A DNA stretch of 64,000 nucleotides. It comes from an uncultured Spirochaetota bacterium (GTDB taxonomy: Bacteria; Spirochaetota; Spirochaetia; SZUA-6; Fen-1364). The stretch spans positions 128,001-192,000 of the forward strand of contig CAVUXE010000035.1 in NCBI GenBank assembly GCA_963745235.1, written 5' to 3'. The position numbers were made by a program, and so were the translations under genes. Each line of letters starts with the position of its first letter. Position 1 is the first letter of the stretch. Below are positions 49,486 through 59,701 of the stretch, one piece after another. The notes under the pieces were generated by a model. It did no database searches. It had not been told where the DNA came from and saw nothing but the letters and a program-made list of their open reading frames with translations.

Positions 49486-49515
49486 TTGACAGCTGCATCC
49501 AGCCGCGGATATAGT
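49486..49515 (+). promoter_or_regulatory. Sigma70 promoter of regulator pair
   Basis: TTGACA-18 nt-TATAGT. Confidence 0.65.
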
Positions 49516-49551
49516 GAATGTGTAGAATTTACCCAATTCGCGGGAGTCGGC

Positions 49552-50893
49552 TTGAGTAATAATCACGAGCAGCGCGCCGCATCCAATCTGCTCATTGTGG
49601 ACGACAAGGTGAAGCTTTGCCGGAGCCTTGCCCGCAATTTCGAGCACGTGGGGTTTACCACATCCATTGCCACAACGGGGCAGGAAGCCGTTGCGCGGTT
49701 CTCGGCCGCCCGGATGGACGCGGTGCTTCTGGACATCATGCTCGGGGAGGAAAGCGGCATCGACATCCTCACGAAGCTTCTCGCCGTGGACAAGAATGTC
49801 CCCGTGATCATGATCACCGGCTACGCCTCGGTGGACAGCGCGGTGCAATCTCTGAAGCTCGGCGCGTTCGACTACGTGAAGAAGCCGCTGGACTTCGAGG
49901 AGCTCCTGAAGACCGTGGAGAAAGCGTGCGAGTTCTCCCGCCTGCGGGAGGAGAACAGCAAGCTGCGGTCCCGGCTCAAGGAGCTGTCAGCAACCATCGT
50001 TACCCGGGATGCCCGCATGGGGGCACTGATCCGCAAGGTGGAAAAGCTTGCCGCCACCGACCTTCCGCTGCTGATCTGTGGAGAGAGCGGGACGGGGAAA
50101 GAGGTCCTGGCTGACTACGCGCATTCGGCGTCCGCGCGAAGCGCCGCGGCCATGGTGAAGATCAACTGCGTCGCCTTCCCCGAGACGCTTCTCGACAACG
50201 AGCTCTTCGGCCATGAGAAGGGCGCGTACACGGGGGCGGATTCCGTTTTCAAGGGCCTGTTCGAGAAAGCAGACGGGAGCACCCTCTTTCTTGATGAGAT
50301 CGGCGACATGCCGCTCGGCATCCAGGCCAAAATCCTCAGGACGCTGCAGAACAACGAGATCAGGCGGCTGGGAGGAAATGACACCATTCGAGTGAACGTG
50401 CGCTTCATTGCCGCGACGAACAAGGACCTCGCGGAGCTGATCAGGAAGGGCCAGTTCCGGGAGGACCTTTTCTACCGGCTGAACGCCGCGGTTCTTTCCA
50501 TCCCCTCTCTCAGGGAACGCCGCGACGACATCCCGCTCCTCGTGGAGCATTTCCTTCGCGGCTATCCCGTCGCGCAAGGATGTGACCGCCGAGGTGATGG
50601 AAAAGTTCCTCCCGTACGACTGGCCCGGAAACGTTCGGGAGCTGAAGAACGTGGTCAACTACGCGGCGGCAATGTCCTCGGGAGACAGCATCGGGATCGA
50701 GGACCTTCCGGTGCATTTCCTGGAAGGCACGCGCGCCGCGGCCGGCGGGAATATCCGCGAGGACATGGAGAGGGCCCTCATCCTCAAGGTCCTGCAGAGC
50801 ACCAAGTACAACCGTTCGAAGACCGCCGAGCTCCTGATCATGAGCCGCAAGACCCTCTACACCAAGATGGCGAAGTATGGTCTCAACTCCTGA
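49552..50893 (+). CDS. NtrC-family sigma54-dependent response regulator, frameshift near 50570
   Basis: REC (LLIVDD, LLDIML); AAA+ (GESGTGKE, HEKGAYTGA, FLDEIG, FREDLFYRL); second frame WPGNVREL and Fis-type HTH. Confidence 0.92.
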
Positions 50894-52727
50894 GGCGGTT
50901 TCGACGGAGACCGATCTCCTTCGCCTTGCCCACGTGTGCCTGGACTACGGGCAGGTGGAGGCGCTCAAGGATGTCAACCTTGTGCTTCGCGGTTCGACCG
51001 TCCACGCCATCGTAGGTGAGCACGGGGCGGGGAAGTCTTCCCTCGGGATGGTGATCAGCGGCAACGTGCGGCCGCGCCGGGGACACGTGGAGCTGGACAA
51101 CCGGCGCTTCGACTCCCTCACCACCCGCACGGCCCACCGGCTGGGCATCGAGATGGTCTACCAGCAGGTGCAGCTCAACACCTTCTTCACGGTGGCGGAG
51201 AATATCTTCTTCCTGAACAAGTCACTGGCGCGGCGCGGCCTGCTCAGCCAGCGGCGCCTCGCACGCGAGGCCCAGACATTCCTTGACCAGCAAGGCTTCA
51301 ACCTGGACCCGACCGAGGTCGTCAAGAACCTCAACCTCCCCGACCGGGTCCTCATCTCCATCCTTGCGGCTCTGCAGAAACGGCCCCGGCTCCTCATCCT
51401 GGACGAAGCGCTGGAAAAGCTCTCTTCTTCGGATTTGCCGAAAATCATGCGCGCGCTGAACCAGATGAAATCCGAGGGGATGGCAATCCTCTTCATCACG
51501 CACCGCATCGACGACGTGTATGATCTTGCCGACCGGGTGAGCATCGTGAAAAACGGGGAGATCCTGGTGACCGATGATGTCGGACACATCGACAAGATGA
51601 ATCTCCTGCGCCTGACATACACCCAGGTCTACTCCCTGGAAAACGCCGGCAACCGAAAGCGGGAGTTCAACCAGTTCCTCAAGTACAACGAGGCGGTCCT
51701 CCTCAATCTCCCGGTGAACCTCATCGTGGTCGACGGGGAAGAGCGGGTGAAGATCGTGAACGAGCGCTGCAAGGGGTATTTTCACCTTGGGGACGCTCCT
51801 ATCGCCAACCAGCCCCTGGAGAGGCTTCTCGGTGCGGAGAACCAGGAGACCCTCTCGCTCATCCGCGAGGCCTTCCGGTCCGAGGAGGGGAACGCCTTCT
51901 ACCATGTTCCGCTTGCCATCGCGGGGGACGACACCGTGAACAACGTGCGGACGCTTCCGATCTACGACGAGGAGCGGCTCATCGGGAACATCATCATCAT
52001 CGAGGACATCACGGAGTTCGACAAGCTGCAGAAACAGGTCATCCTCTCGGAGAAGCTCGCCTCCGTGGGGCTCCTTGCCGCGGGGGTGGCGCACGAGATC
52101 AACAACCCCCTGGAGATCGTCTACAACTACCTCAAGTACATCAAGTACTCCTTCGATGACGCGAAGCTCCATGAGACGGTGGACGAGCTGCACGAGGAGA
52201 TCACCTACATCGCGGGGATCGTTCGCGACCTCCTGTCCCTCTCCGGCACCGCACAGGTCCAGAGGGAAGGGATCGACATCAACGAGATGATCAGGAGCAC
52301 CGTGGGCCTGCTTCGCCACAGCGCGCACGAGAAGCTCATCACCATGGCATTCGGCTCGCAGGAAAGGGAGCTGACCCTTACGGTCAACCGGAACGAGATC
52401 AAGCAGGTGATCCTCAACCTCGTGAAGAACAGCTTCGAGGCCATGCCGGGCGGCGGGCAGATCAGCATCGAAACCTCGCGGGCGCTGGACGAACGGGGAC
52501 GACCGTGCGCTTCGATCGTGTTCAGCGACACGGGCCCCGGGATACCGGACGCGAACCTCACCAACGTCTTCATCCCTTTCTACTCCACCAGGAAGGGAAA
52601 GGGGGATCACGTCGGGCTTGGTCTTTCCATCTGTTACGGGATCATCAAGCGCCATGACGGGAGCATGAGCGTGAGGAACCTGGAGCGCGCCGGGTGCCGC
52701 TTCACCATACGGCTTCCCCTGCCATGA
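50877..52727 (+). CDS. Fusion: sugar-ABC-type ATPase domain + PAS + NtrB-type histidine kinase, no TM segments
   Basis: GEHGAGKSS, VYQQ, LLILDE, FITHR; PAS (AVLLNLPVNLIVVD...EDITE); AHEINNPL; NLVKNS, DTGPGI, GLGLSI. Confidence 0.9.
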   Translation: MVSTPEAVSTETDLLRLAHVCLDYGQVEALKDVNLVLRGSTVHAIVGEHGAGKSSLGMVISGNVRPRRGHVELDNRRFDSLTTRTAHRLGIEMVYQQVQLNTFFTVAENIFFLNKSLARRGLLSQRRLAREAQTFLDQQGFNLDPTEVVKNLNLPDRVLISILAALQKRPRLLILDEALEKLSSSDLPKIMRALNQMKSEGMAILFITHRIDDVYDLADRVSIVKNGEILVTDDVGHIDKMNLLRLTYTQVYSLENAGNRKREFNQFLKYNEAVLLNLPVNLIVVDGEERVKIVNERCKGYFHLGDAPIANQPLERLLGAENQETLSLIREAFRSEEGNAFYHVPLAIAGDDTVNNVRTLPIYDEERLIGNIIIIEDITEFDKLQKQVILSEKLASVGLLAAGVAHEINNPLEIVYNYLKYIKYSFDDAKLHETVDELHEEITYIAGIVRDLLSLSGTAQVQREGIDINEMIRSTVGLLRHSAHEKLITMAFGSQERELTLTVNRNEIKQVILNLVKNSFEAMPGGGQISIETSRALDERGRPCASIVFSDTGPGIPDANLTNVFIPFYSTRKGKGDHVGLGLSICYGIIKRHDGSMSVRNLERAGCRFTIRLPLP

Positions 52728-52781
52728 GAGAGGCCGCGGCGCCCGTCAAGGAGGACGCCGCGTCTTCCTCTGTTCTCTCTC

Positions 52782-53654
52782 CTAGCGGAACAGCTGCAGG
52801 ACCGTCTGCGGTTTCGTGTTTGCCTGCGCCAGCATGGCGGTTGAGGACTGCACAAGGATGCGGTCCTTCACGAACTCCACCATCTGCGCCGCCATGTCGG
52901 TGTCCCTGATCAGGCTCTCGGCCGCCTGGAGGTTCTCCGCGCCGACAGCCAGCCCCTTCATGGCGTACTCCAGCCTGTTCTGGTAGGCTCCCAGGTCCGC
53001 CCTCTGCTTGTTGACGAGCCTCAGGGCGTGGTCCAGCACCCCGATGGCCGCGTTGGCGTGATCCGGGGAGGACAGGGAGATGAAGGTGGCGTTGGCCGGT
53101 AGGCCGTTGGCTCCCTGGATCCCCAGCCCCTGGGCGGTCATGGTGCCGATGTACACGCGGGTTCTCTGGTCCATGTTGGCCCCGATCTGCAGCCACATGC
53201 TGCCGGTGACCGCGTTCTCTCCCGTGGAGCGGGCGAAACGGCCGGTGAGCATGTTCATGCCGTTGAACTGGGCGTGGGAGGCGATGCGGTTGACCTCTGC
53301 CACGAGGGCGGAAACCTCCACCTGGATCTGCATACGGTCTTCGTCGGAGTAGATGCCGTTGGAGGCCTGCACCGACAGCTCGCGCAGCCTCTGCATGATG
53401 TCCTGGCTCTCCTGGAGGTAGCCTTCCGCGGTCTGGATGAAGGAGATGCCGTTCTGAGCGTTGTTTTCCGCCTGGCGGAGGCCGCGGATCTGGGAACGCA
53501 TCTTCTCCGAGACTGCCAGCCCGGATGCGTCGTCCCCCGCGCGGTTGATGCGCATGCCGGACGACAACTTCTCCATGTCCTTGTCCCCCTGGATGTTATT
53601 GAAGAACAACTGGCGGTCGGCGAAGAGGGCGCTCATGTTGTGATTGATGACCAT
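52782..53654 (-). CDS. flaB: Flagellin core protein (spirochaete FlaB type)
   Basis: MVINHNMSA; [32 protein letters not shown]; [12 protein letters not shown]. Confidence 0.96.
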   Translation of the reverse strand: MVINHNMSALFADRQLFFNNIQGDKDMEKLSSGMRINRAGDDASGLAVSEKMRSQIRGLRQAENNAQNGISFIQTAEGYLQESQDIMQRLRELSVQASNGIYSDEDRMQIQVEVSALVAEVNRIASHAQFNGMNMLTGRFARSTGENAVTGSMWLQIGANMDQRTRVYIGTMTAQGLGIQGANGLPANATFISLSSPDHANAAIGVLDHALRLVNKQRADLGAYQNRLEYAMKGLAVGAENLQAAESLIRDTDMAAQMVEFVKDRILVQSSTAMLAQANTKPQTVLQLFR

Positions 53655-53714
53655 CGAATCCTCCTTGAACGTACGGGCCCGGACGTCCCTGTCCGGGGAT
53701 GCACTCTCTTCAAT

Positions 53715-53741
53715 GGTCGGAAGATTTCAGGGATGTATGAG
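53715..53741 (-). promoter_or_regulatory. Putative sigma28 promoter of flaB
   Basis: TCAT-15 nt-TCCGACCA on minus strand. Confidence 0.55.
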
Positions 53742-53806
53742 CACGAGTGGCTGGTACTTTTGGCCGGGAAACCGTACAATCCTGCCAGCGAGAGAGGAGG
53801 AAAGGG

Positions 53807-54016
53807 ATGAGCGGAAGTAGCGCGGTGGTTGGCGGGATCATTTCGCTGGTGCTGTGCGTTGGTTCGGTTCTGGCAGTGTTCCTGAACAGGGTTAATCATC
53901 CACGTCGTTTCATATTCTTCATCGTTCTTGCTGCCATCTTCCTTGTTGCGGGGATCTTCCTGCTCGTCAGGGGGAAAGCGGGCGGGACGGGGAGCGCGCC
54001 AGCAGCGTCCAAATGA
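53807..54016 (+). CDS. Small hypothetical membrane protein
   Basis: 69 aa, two TM segments, purine-rich RBS. Confidence 0.6.
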   Translation: MSGSSAVVGGIISLVLCVGSVLAVFLNRVNHPRRFIFFIVLAAIFLVAGIFLLVRGKAGGTGSAPAASK

Positions 54017-54210
54017 TCGCCTGGCTCGGAGACTGGGTCGGCTGGGGCTGGGGGATAGCCCTGGTTGTCTGGCTCCTGGGCACGGCCTTCATACTGTTGT
54101 TTGTCGACAGGCTCTTTCGGAGCCGGCTCCAGACGGCTGTGGCCATGATAGTCTGGACGGTCCTTCTCCTGGCGGCAACGACGCGGATATTCGGGCTGAA
54201 ACCTCCCTGA
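54013..54210 (+). CDS. Small hypothetical membrane protein
   Basis: 65 aa, two TM segments, ATGA coupling with upstream ORF. Confidence 0.6.
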   Translation: MIAWLGDWVGWGWGIALVVWLLGTAFILLFVDRLFRSRLQTAVAMIVWTVLLLAATTRIFGLKPP

Positions 54211-54218
54211 CAGACAGC

Positions 54219-55805
54219 TCAGGGCGCTGCCGAGTTGCCGTTGACGAAGTTGTTGTAGTAGTACTCCAGTCCGTCCATGAGGGCCTGCCAGGAAGCTTCT
54301 ATTATGTTCTCATCAACGCCGACGGTATCCCATGACTGTTCGCCGTCCGAGGTCGTGATGAAAACCCGCACACGCGCTGCCGTGGCCCGCTCCGGGTCCA
54401 GCACCCTGACGCGATAGTCGGTGAGCTTCAGCTTCTCAAGGAATGGATGCAGGGGCAGCAGGGCGTCCTTCAGAGCCGCGCTCAAGGTGTCCACCGGACC
54501 GTCACCCACGCCGGCCCCCATCAGGAGGTTCCCGTTCACCCGGACGAAGATCCGGCCCACGCTCTTGGGAGGGGTCCCCCCGGCCTTGTAGTTTTCCAGG
54601 TGGTAGTTGCTGAGCTCGAGCAGAGGCGTGTATGTCTTGAGCACCTTCCTGATCACAAGGTCGAAGGAGGCTTCCGCCGCCTCGTACTCGTAGCCAACCT
54701 CCTCCAGACGCTTCAGCTCGTCCAGCAGCCGGGTGACTTCCTCCGAGTTCTTGTCGAAGTCCCCGTACCGGGCCAGCTTCTTGATGATGGTTGCCTTGCC
54801 GGCAAGCTCGGAAAGGAGCACGCGGCGCTCGTTGCCCACCAGGGCGCCGTCGATGTGCTCCATGAGGTGGGGTGCCTTGCTGATGACGTCAGCGTGCTGG
54901 CCGCCCTTGTGTGAGAAGGCCGCTTCCCCCACGTACGGCCAGCGCTTTTCAGGGATGATGTTCGCCTTCTCCGCCACGAAACGCGAGAGCATGGTGAGGT
55001 GCTTCAGGTTTGCGCACGCGGTGGCTTCCCGCTTGAGCTTGAGGCACAGGGTGGGGATCAGGATGCACAGGTTGAGGTTCCCGCATCTCTCCCCCCAGCC
55101 GTTGATGGTTCCCTGGACATGGATGGACCCTTTCTCCACGGCGACCAGCGCGTTCGCGACTGCATTTCCTGTGTCGTCATGAAAATGGACCCCGATGGGC
55201 CCCAGCTCGGCCATCGGCAGCTCATCCAGGATCCGGGCCACCTCGGAGGGCAGGGTGCCGCCGTTGGTGTCGCACAGCACCAGGCAGTCCGCCCCCGCTG
55301 CCCGCCCCGCTCTCAGCACCCGCAGGGCATAGGCGGGGTCATCCTTGTAGCCGTCGAAGAAGTGCTCCAAGTCGAAGAATACCTCCCGCCCCTCCTTCTT
55401 CAACGTGCTGAGGGAGTCCCCAATCATGGCGAGGTTTTCCTCATCCGTGGTCTGGAGGACCTGCTTCACGTGCGCCCGCCACGTCTTTCCGACAACGATG
55501 ACCGTTGGGGTTTCGGCGTTGAGCAGCGCCGTGACCTGCGGGTCCGAGGCGGCTTTTCCGCCCGGCTTGCGCGTCGACCCGAAGGCGACAACGCGCGCGT
55601 GGCGCAGATTTTCCTTTCTCATGCGCTGGAAGAACTCGGCCTCCTTGCGGTTGGAAAGCGGGAACCCGCCCTCGATGTAGTCGATGCCGAACTCGTCCAT
55701 CGTCAATGCGATCTGGACCTTGTCCTCCAGTGTGTAGTTGATTCCCTGGCCCTGCATGCCGTCACGCAGGGTCGTATCATAGATGTGAACGCGGCTGCCG
55801 CTCAT
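54219..55805 (-). CDS. cimA: Citramalate synthase
   Basis: YDTTLRDGMQG; AFGSTR; CDTNGG; GWGERCGN; AFSHKGGQH; NIIEASWQAL. Confidence 0.9.
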   Translation of the reverse strand: MSGSRVHIYDTTLRDGMQGQGINYTLEDKVQIALTMDEFGIDYIEGGFPLSNRKEAEFFQRMRKENLRHARVVAFGSTRKPGGKAASDPQVTALLNAETPTVIVVGKTWRAHVKQVLQTTDEENLAMIGDSLSTLKKEGREVFFDLEHFFDGYKDDPAYALRVLRAGRAAGADCLVLCDTNGGTLPSEVARILDELPMAELGPIGVHFHDDTGNAVANALVAVEKGSIHVQGTINGWGERCGNLNLCILIPTLCLKLKREATACANLKHLTMLSRFVAEKANIIPEKRWPYVGEAAFSHKGGQHADVISKAPHLMEHIDGALVGNERRVLLSELAGKATIIKKLARYGDFDKNSEEVTRLLDELKRLEEVGYEYEAAEASFDLVIRKVLKTYTPLLELSNYHLENYKAGGTPPKSVGRIFVRVNGNLLMGAGVGDGPVDTLSAALKDALLPLHPFLEKLKLTDYRVRVLDPERATAARVRVFITTSDGEQSWDTVGVDENIIEASWQALMDGLEYYYNNFVNGNSAAP

Positions 55806-55868
55806 CCCGCGCTCCTTCCGTGTCGTGCCAGAAGGTGTGGCATCCATCCTCCTTGTCGCATGATCTCC

Positions 55869-57413
55869 TCAGACAGCATCATCGCCATTCCCGCTCGCCT
55901 TTCGTGCCGCCAGGTACGCTTTCCAGCGATTGAGCGCGTTGACGTACGCCCGCGCGCTCGCCTCCAGGATGTCCGTCGAAGCTCCCCGTCCCACGAACTT
56001 CTTCCCGTCGATCTCAACGGATGTGCTCACCTCTCCGATTGCCTGCTTGCCGGGCGTGACCGCCTGCACGACATACTCCAGCAGCTTCGTGGTGAGCCCC
56101 AGGGACCTGTCGATTGCGTTGAAGATGGCGTCCACGGGTCCGTCCCCGGTTGCGGCCTCTTCGTAGCGCTCACCCCCGGCCACTATCCGCACGGTCGCCG
56201 TCGGCACGGCAAGGTTTCCCGACTGGATGTTGAAGTAGTCCAGGCTGTAGGTCTCCGTCTCATGGCCCAGCTCGTCGGCCACGATGATGTACAGGTCGTC
56301 GTCGTAGACTTCCTTCTTGCGGTCCGCAATGGTCAGGAACCTCTCATACGCCTTTTTCAGCTCCTCCTCGGTCAACCCGATTCCAAGCTCGCCCAGGCGG
56401 TTTCGAAAACCGTGGAGGCCGGAGTGTCTGCCCAGGACCAGCTGGCTGGCGTCCCGGCCGACGGACTCCGGAGTCATGATCTCGTAGGTTTCCCGGTTCT
56501 TCAGAACGCCGTCCTGGTGGATCCCTGACTCGTGGGCGAACGCGTTCTCTCCCGTGATCGGCTTGTTCCGCGGAATGGGGAATCCGATGGTGTTTGCCAG
56601 GAGGCGCGAGCTGTTGTAGATCTGCTTCGTGTTGACCCCCGTTGTGTAGGGAAGCCGGTCCTTGCGGACCGCGAGGGCCATGACGAACTCCTCCAGGGAC
56701 GCATTCCCCGCCCTCTCCCCGATCCCGTTGATGGTCACCTCCACCTGGCGGGCGCCAGCCTGGACGGCGGAGACGGAATTGGCAACCGCGAGACCCAGGT
56801 CGTTGTGGCAGTGGACGGAGACGATCGCCTTCGCGATGTTCGGCGTCCCCTCGAAAATCCGCCTCAGGAACTCGGAAAACTCGTCCGGCACCGCGTACCC
56901 CACGGTATCCGGGATGTTGATGATGGTGGCCCCGGCATCGATGACCTTCTCTATGATCCTGCACAGGAAAGGGACCTCGGATCGCGTGGCGTCCTCGGGG
57001 GAGAACTCGACCTCTGCAACCTTCCTGCGAGCGTGGCGCACCGCGCTCACGGCCATCTCCACCACGTCGTCCGGGTCCTTCCGCAGCTTGAACTTCATGT
57101 GGATGGCGGAGGTCGCAATGAAGGTGTGGATCCGAGGGTGCGCGGCCTCATGGATGGCCTCCACGGCGCTGTCGATGTCCTTCTCCAGGGCGCGGGCAAG
57201 CCCCGCGATGGTGCAGCTTCTCACCTGGCGCGCAATGAGACGGCACCCTTCGAACTGGTGCGGTGAGGAGATGGGGAAACCCGCCTCGATCACGTCCACC
57301 CCGAGGCGTGCGAGCTGCCGGGCGATCTCCAGCTTCTGCTCCACGCTCATGGAGGCGCCCGGTGACTGCTCGCCGTCGCGCAGCGTCGTGTCGAAAATCT
57401 GTACTCTTTCCAT
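55869..57413 (-). CDS. leuA: 2-isopropylmalate synthase
   Basis: FDTTLRDGEQSPG; HCHNDLGLA; GIGERAGN; HESGIHQDG. Confidence 0.95.
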   Translation of the reverse strand: MERVQIFDTTLRDGEQSPGASMSVEQKLEIARQLARLGVDVIEAGFPISSPHQFEGCRLIARQVRSCTIAGLARALEKDIDSAVEAIHEAAHPRIHTFIATSAIHMKFKLRKDPDDVVEMAVSAVRHARRKVAEVEFSPEDATRSEVPFLCRIIEKVIDAGATIINIPDTVGYAVPDEFSEFLRRIFEGTPNIAKAIVSVHCHNDLGLAVANSVSAVQAGARQVEVTINGIGERAGNASLEEFVMALAVRKDRLPYTTGVNTKQIYNSSRLLANTIGFPIPRNKPITGENAFAHESGIHQDGVLKNRETYEIMTPESVGRDASQLVLGRHSGLHGFRNRLGELGIGLTEEELKKAYERFLTIADRKKEVYDDDLYIIVADELGHETETYSLDYFNIQSGNLAVPTATVRIVAGGERYEEAATGDGPVDAIFNAIDRSLGLTTKLLEYVVQAVTPGKQAIGEVSTSVEIDGKKFVGRGASTDILEASARAYVNALNRWKAYLAARKASGNGDDAV

Positions 57414-57967
57414 TACTCTCTCTCCTTCTTCTGACCTGTTCTCCCGCCCCGTGTGGTGCGCCGCGCCGGCCCCGCGCCCGGCAACGGCGTCTTCCTGCTC
57501 CTCTCCAGGGAGACGAGCCCGCTTCTCGCCATCTCCACGAGCCCGTACGGCGTGAGAAGGGCGATGAAATCGTCGATCTTTTCCGCCGAGCCTGTCAGCT
57601 CCAGTGACATGGTGTCGTGCCCGACGTCCATGACCTGGGCCTTGAAGACATCCGCAACCTGGAATATCTCCCCCCTCTGGGAGGGCTTCGCGCTTACCTT
57701 GACCAGCAGGAGCTCCCGGTGCAGCGCGGGAAGCCCGGTCAGGTCCGTCACGCGGATCACGTCGATGAGACGGTTGAGCTGCTTCTTGATCTGCTCAACG
57801 ATGAGATCATCTCCCTGGCATGCCAGGGTGATCCTCGTGACGGTCGGATCAGCCGTCACGCCGGCAGTGATGCTCTCCAGGTTGTAGCCCCTTCCGGAGA
57901 AGAGCCCCGCGATGCGCGCCAGCACGCCCTGCCTGTTTTCAACGAGCATGGAGACAATATGTTTCAT
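57413..57967 (-). CDS. ilvN: Acetolactate synthase small subunit
   Basis: LVENRQGVLARIAGLFSGRGYNLES; EQIKKQLNRLIDV. Confidence 0.95.
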   Translation of the reverse strand: MKHIVSMLVENRQGVLARIAGLFSGRGYNLESITAGVTADPTVTRITLACQGDDLIVEQIKKQLNRLIDVIRVTDLTGLPALHRELLLVKVSAKPSQRGEIFQVADVFKAQVMDVGHDTMSLELTGSAEKIDDFIALLTPYGLVEMARSGLVSLERSRKTPLPGAGPARRTTRGGRTGQKKERE

Positions 57968-57976
57968 GTGTCTGTC

Positions 57977-59701
57977 CTATGCATTCATCATCTCGTCAAT
58001 GCCGGCGCCGGCGGGAACCATGGGCCACACATTTGCTTCCCGCGAAATGTGGAAGTCCAGGAACACGGGCCTGTCAGTCACCCTGGCCGCTTCCTCCAGG
58101 GCAGGGCGGATTTCCTCCGGCAGCGTAACCCTGATTCCTACGGCGCCGTACGCCTGCGCGAGCTTCACGAAATCCGGCGCGTACGGCGGGCAGGCTTTCC
58201 CCGGGTCCGCGCAGTCCGGCGGGCAGTCCACCGCGCGGTCGAGGCAGACCCCGGAGTAGCGCCGCGCGTAGAACGCCTCCTGCCACTGGCGCACCATCCC
58301 GAGATAGCCGTTGTTGAGGATGGCCACGATCACGGGCAGCTTTTCCGCAACCGCCGTGCCGAGCTCCTGGATGTTCATCTGGATGGAGCCGTCACCCGCG
58401 ATGTCGATCACCCGCTTCCCCGGGTTGCCCAGCTGCGCGCCGATTGCCGCGGGGAAGCCGTAGCCCATGGTTCCGAGCCCGCCGGAGGTGAGGAACGTGC
58501 GCGCTTCATGGAAGGTGTAGTACTGCGCGGTCCACATCTGGTTCTGGCCGACCTCCGTCGTGATGACAGCGTCCGGGAACGCTGCGGCTATGGAGCGAAT
58601 GACATGGCTGGGAGAGAGACCGCCGTTGCCGGGGACCTCCGCCAGGGGGTGCGTACGCATCCATTCCTCTGTCTGCGCCTGCCAGTCGCTGATCGAAGGC
58701 GCCGTCACGACGGGAAGGAAGTCTTCCAGGAAGAGTCCTGCGTCCCCGACAATGGGCACCTCCACCTGCACGTTGCGCGAGATGGAGGAGGGGTCGATGT
58801 CCACGTGCACCACCGTGGCGTGCGGGGCGAACTGTTTCAGGTTTCCCGTGGCCCGGTCATCGAAACGGGAGCCGATGGCAAAGAGGAGGTCGCAATTCTG
58901 GACCGCGATGTTGGCCGCGTAGGTGCCGTGCATTCCCAGCATCCCCAGGAACCGTGGATGATCGCTGGGGAGCGTGCCGATCCCCATGAGTGATGCGACA
59001 ACCGGAACCCCCGTGCGGGCAATCAGCTCACGAAACTGCCCGGAGGCGCCGGAGATGTTAATGCCGCCCCCCGCGTAGAAAAGGGGCCGCTTTGCCTCAG
59101 CCAGCACCTGCGCCGCCCTTCGGATCTGCAGGGGATGGCCGCGGTACACGGGATTGTACCCCCGAATGGACACGGACTCCGGGATGGGCTCCGCGGATGC
59201 CTCGGTCAGAACGTCCTTGGGAATGTCCACCAGCACGGGGCCGGGGCGGCCCGTTCGGGCGATGTGGAATGCCTCCCGGAGGATGCGCCCGAGGTCCTTC
59301 CTGTTGCTCACCAGGTAGTTGTGCTTGGTGACCGACCGGGAGATGCCCACGATGTCAGCCTCCTGGAACGCGTCGTTTCCAATCATGTTGCGGGAGACCT
59401 GCCCGGTGATGACCACGAGGGGAACGGAGTCGAAGTTCGCGGTTGCAAGGCCGGTGACCGTGTTCGTTGCTCCCGGACCGCTTGTCACCAGGCAGACTCC
59501 GACTTTTCCCGTGGAGCGGGCGTACCCGTCCGCCGCGTGCACCGCGCCCTGCTCGTGACGGGTGAGGACCAGCCTGATTTCCCTTTCTCCATACAGGGCG
59601 TCGAATGCCGGTATGACGACCCCCCCGGGGAAACCGAAGAGGACCTCCACCTTCTCCGTTTTGAGGGTCTCTACGAGAAGCGAGGCGCCGCTGCGTTTCA
59701 T
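57977..59701 (-). CDS. ilvB: Acetolactate synthase large subunit
   Basis: RHEQGA; TSGPGATN; SGGLGTMG; GDGSIQMN; GMVRQWQ. Confidence 0.96.
   Translation of the reverse strand: MKRSGASLLVETLKTEKVEVLFGFPGGVVIPAFDALYGEREIRLVLTRHEQGAVHAADGYARSTGKVGVCLVTSGPGATNTVTGLATANFDSVPLVVITGQVSRNMIGNDAFQEADIVGISRSVTKHNYLVSNRKDLGRILREAFHIARTGRPGPVLVDIPKDVLTEASAEPIPESVSIRGYNPVYRGHPLQIRRAAQVLAEAKRPLFYAGGGINISGASGQFRELIARTGVPVVASLMGIGTLPSDHPRFLGMLGMHGTYAANIAVQNCDLLFAIGSRFDDRATGNLKQFAPHATVVHVDIDPSSISRNVQVEVPIVGDAGLFLEDFLPVVTAPSISDWQAQTEEWMRTHPLAEVPGNGGLSPSHVIRSIAAAFPDAVITTEVGQNQMWTAQYYTFHEARTFLTSGGLGTMGYGFPAAIGAQLGNPGKRVIDIAGDGSIQMNIQELGTAVAEKLPVIVAILNNGYLGMVRQWQEAFYARRYSGVCLDRAVDCPPDCADPGKACPPYAPDFVKLAQAYGAVGIRVTLPEEIRPALEEAARVTDRPVFLDFHISREANVWPMVPAGAGIDEMMNA

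Noticed and set aside
50560-50590. Programmed frameshift in the NtrC regulator
   Set aside because: No slippery heptamer; matches the window-wide indel pattern
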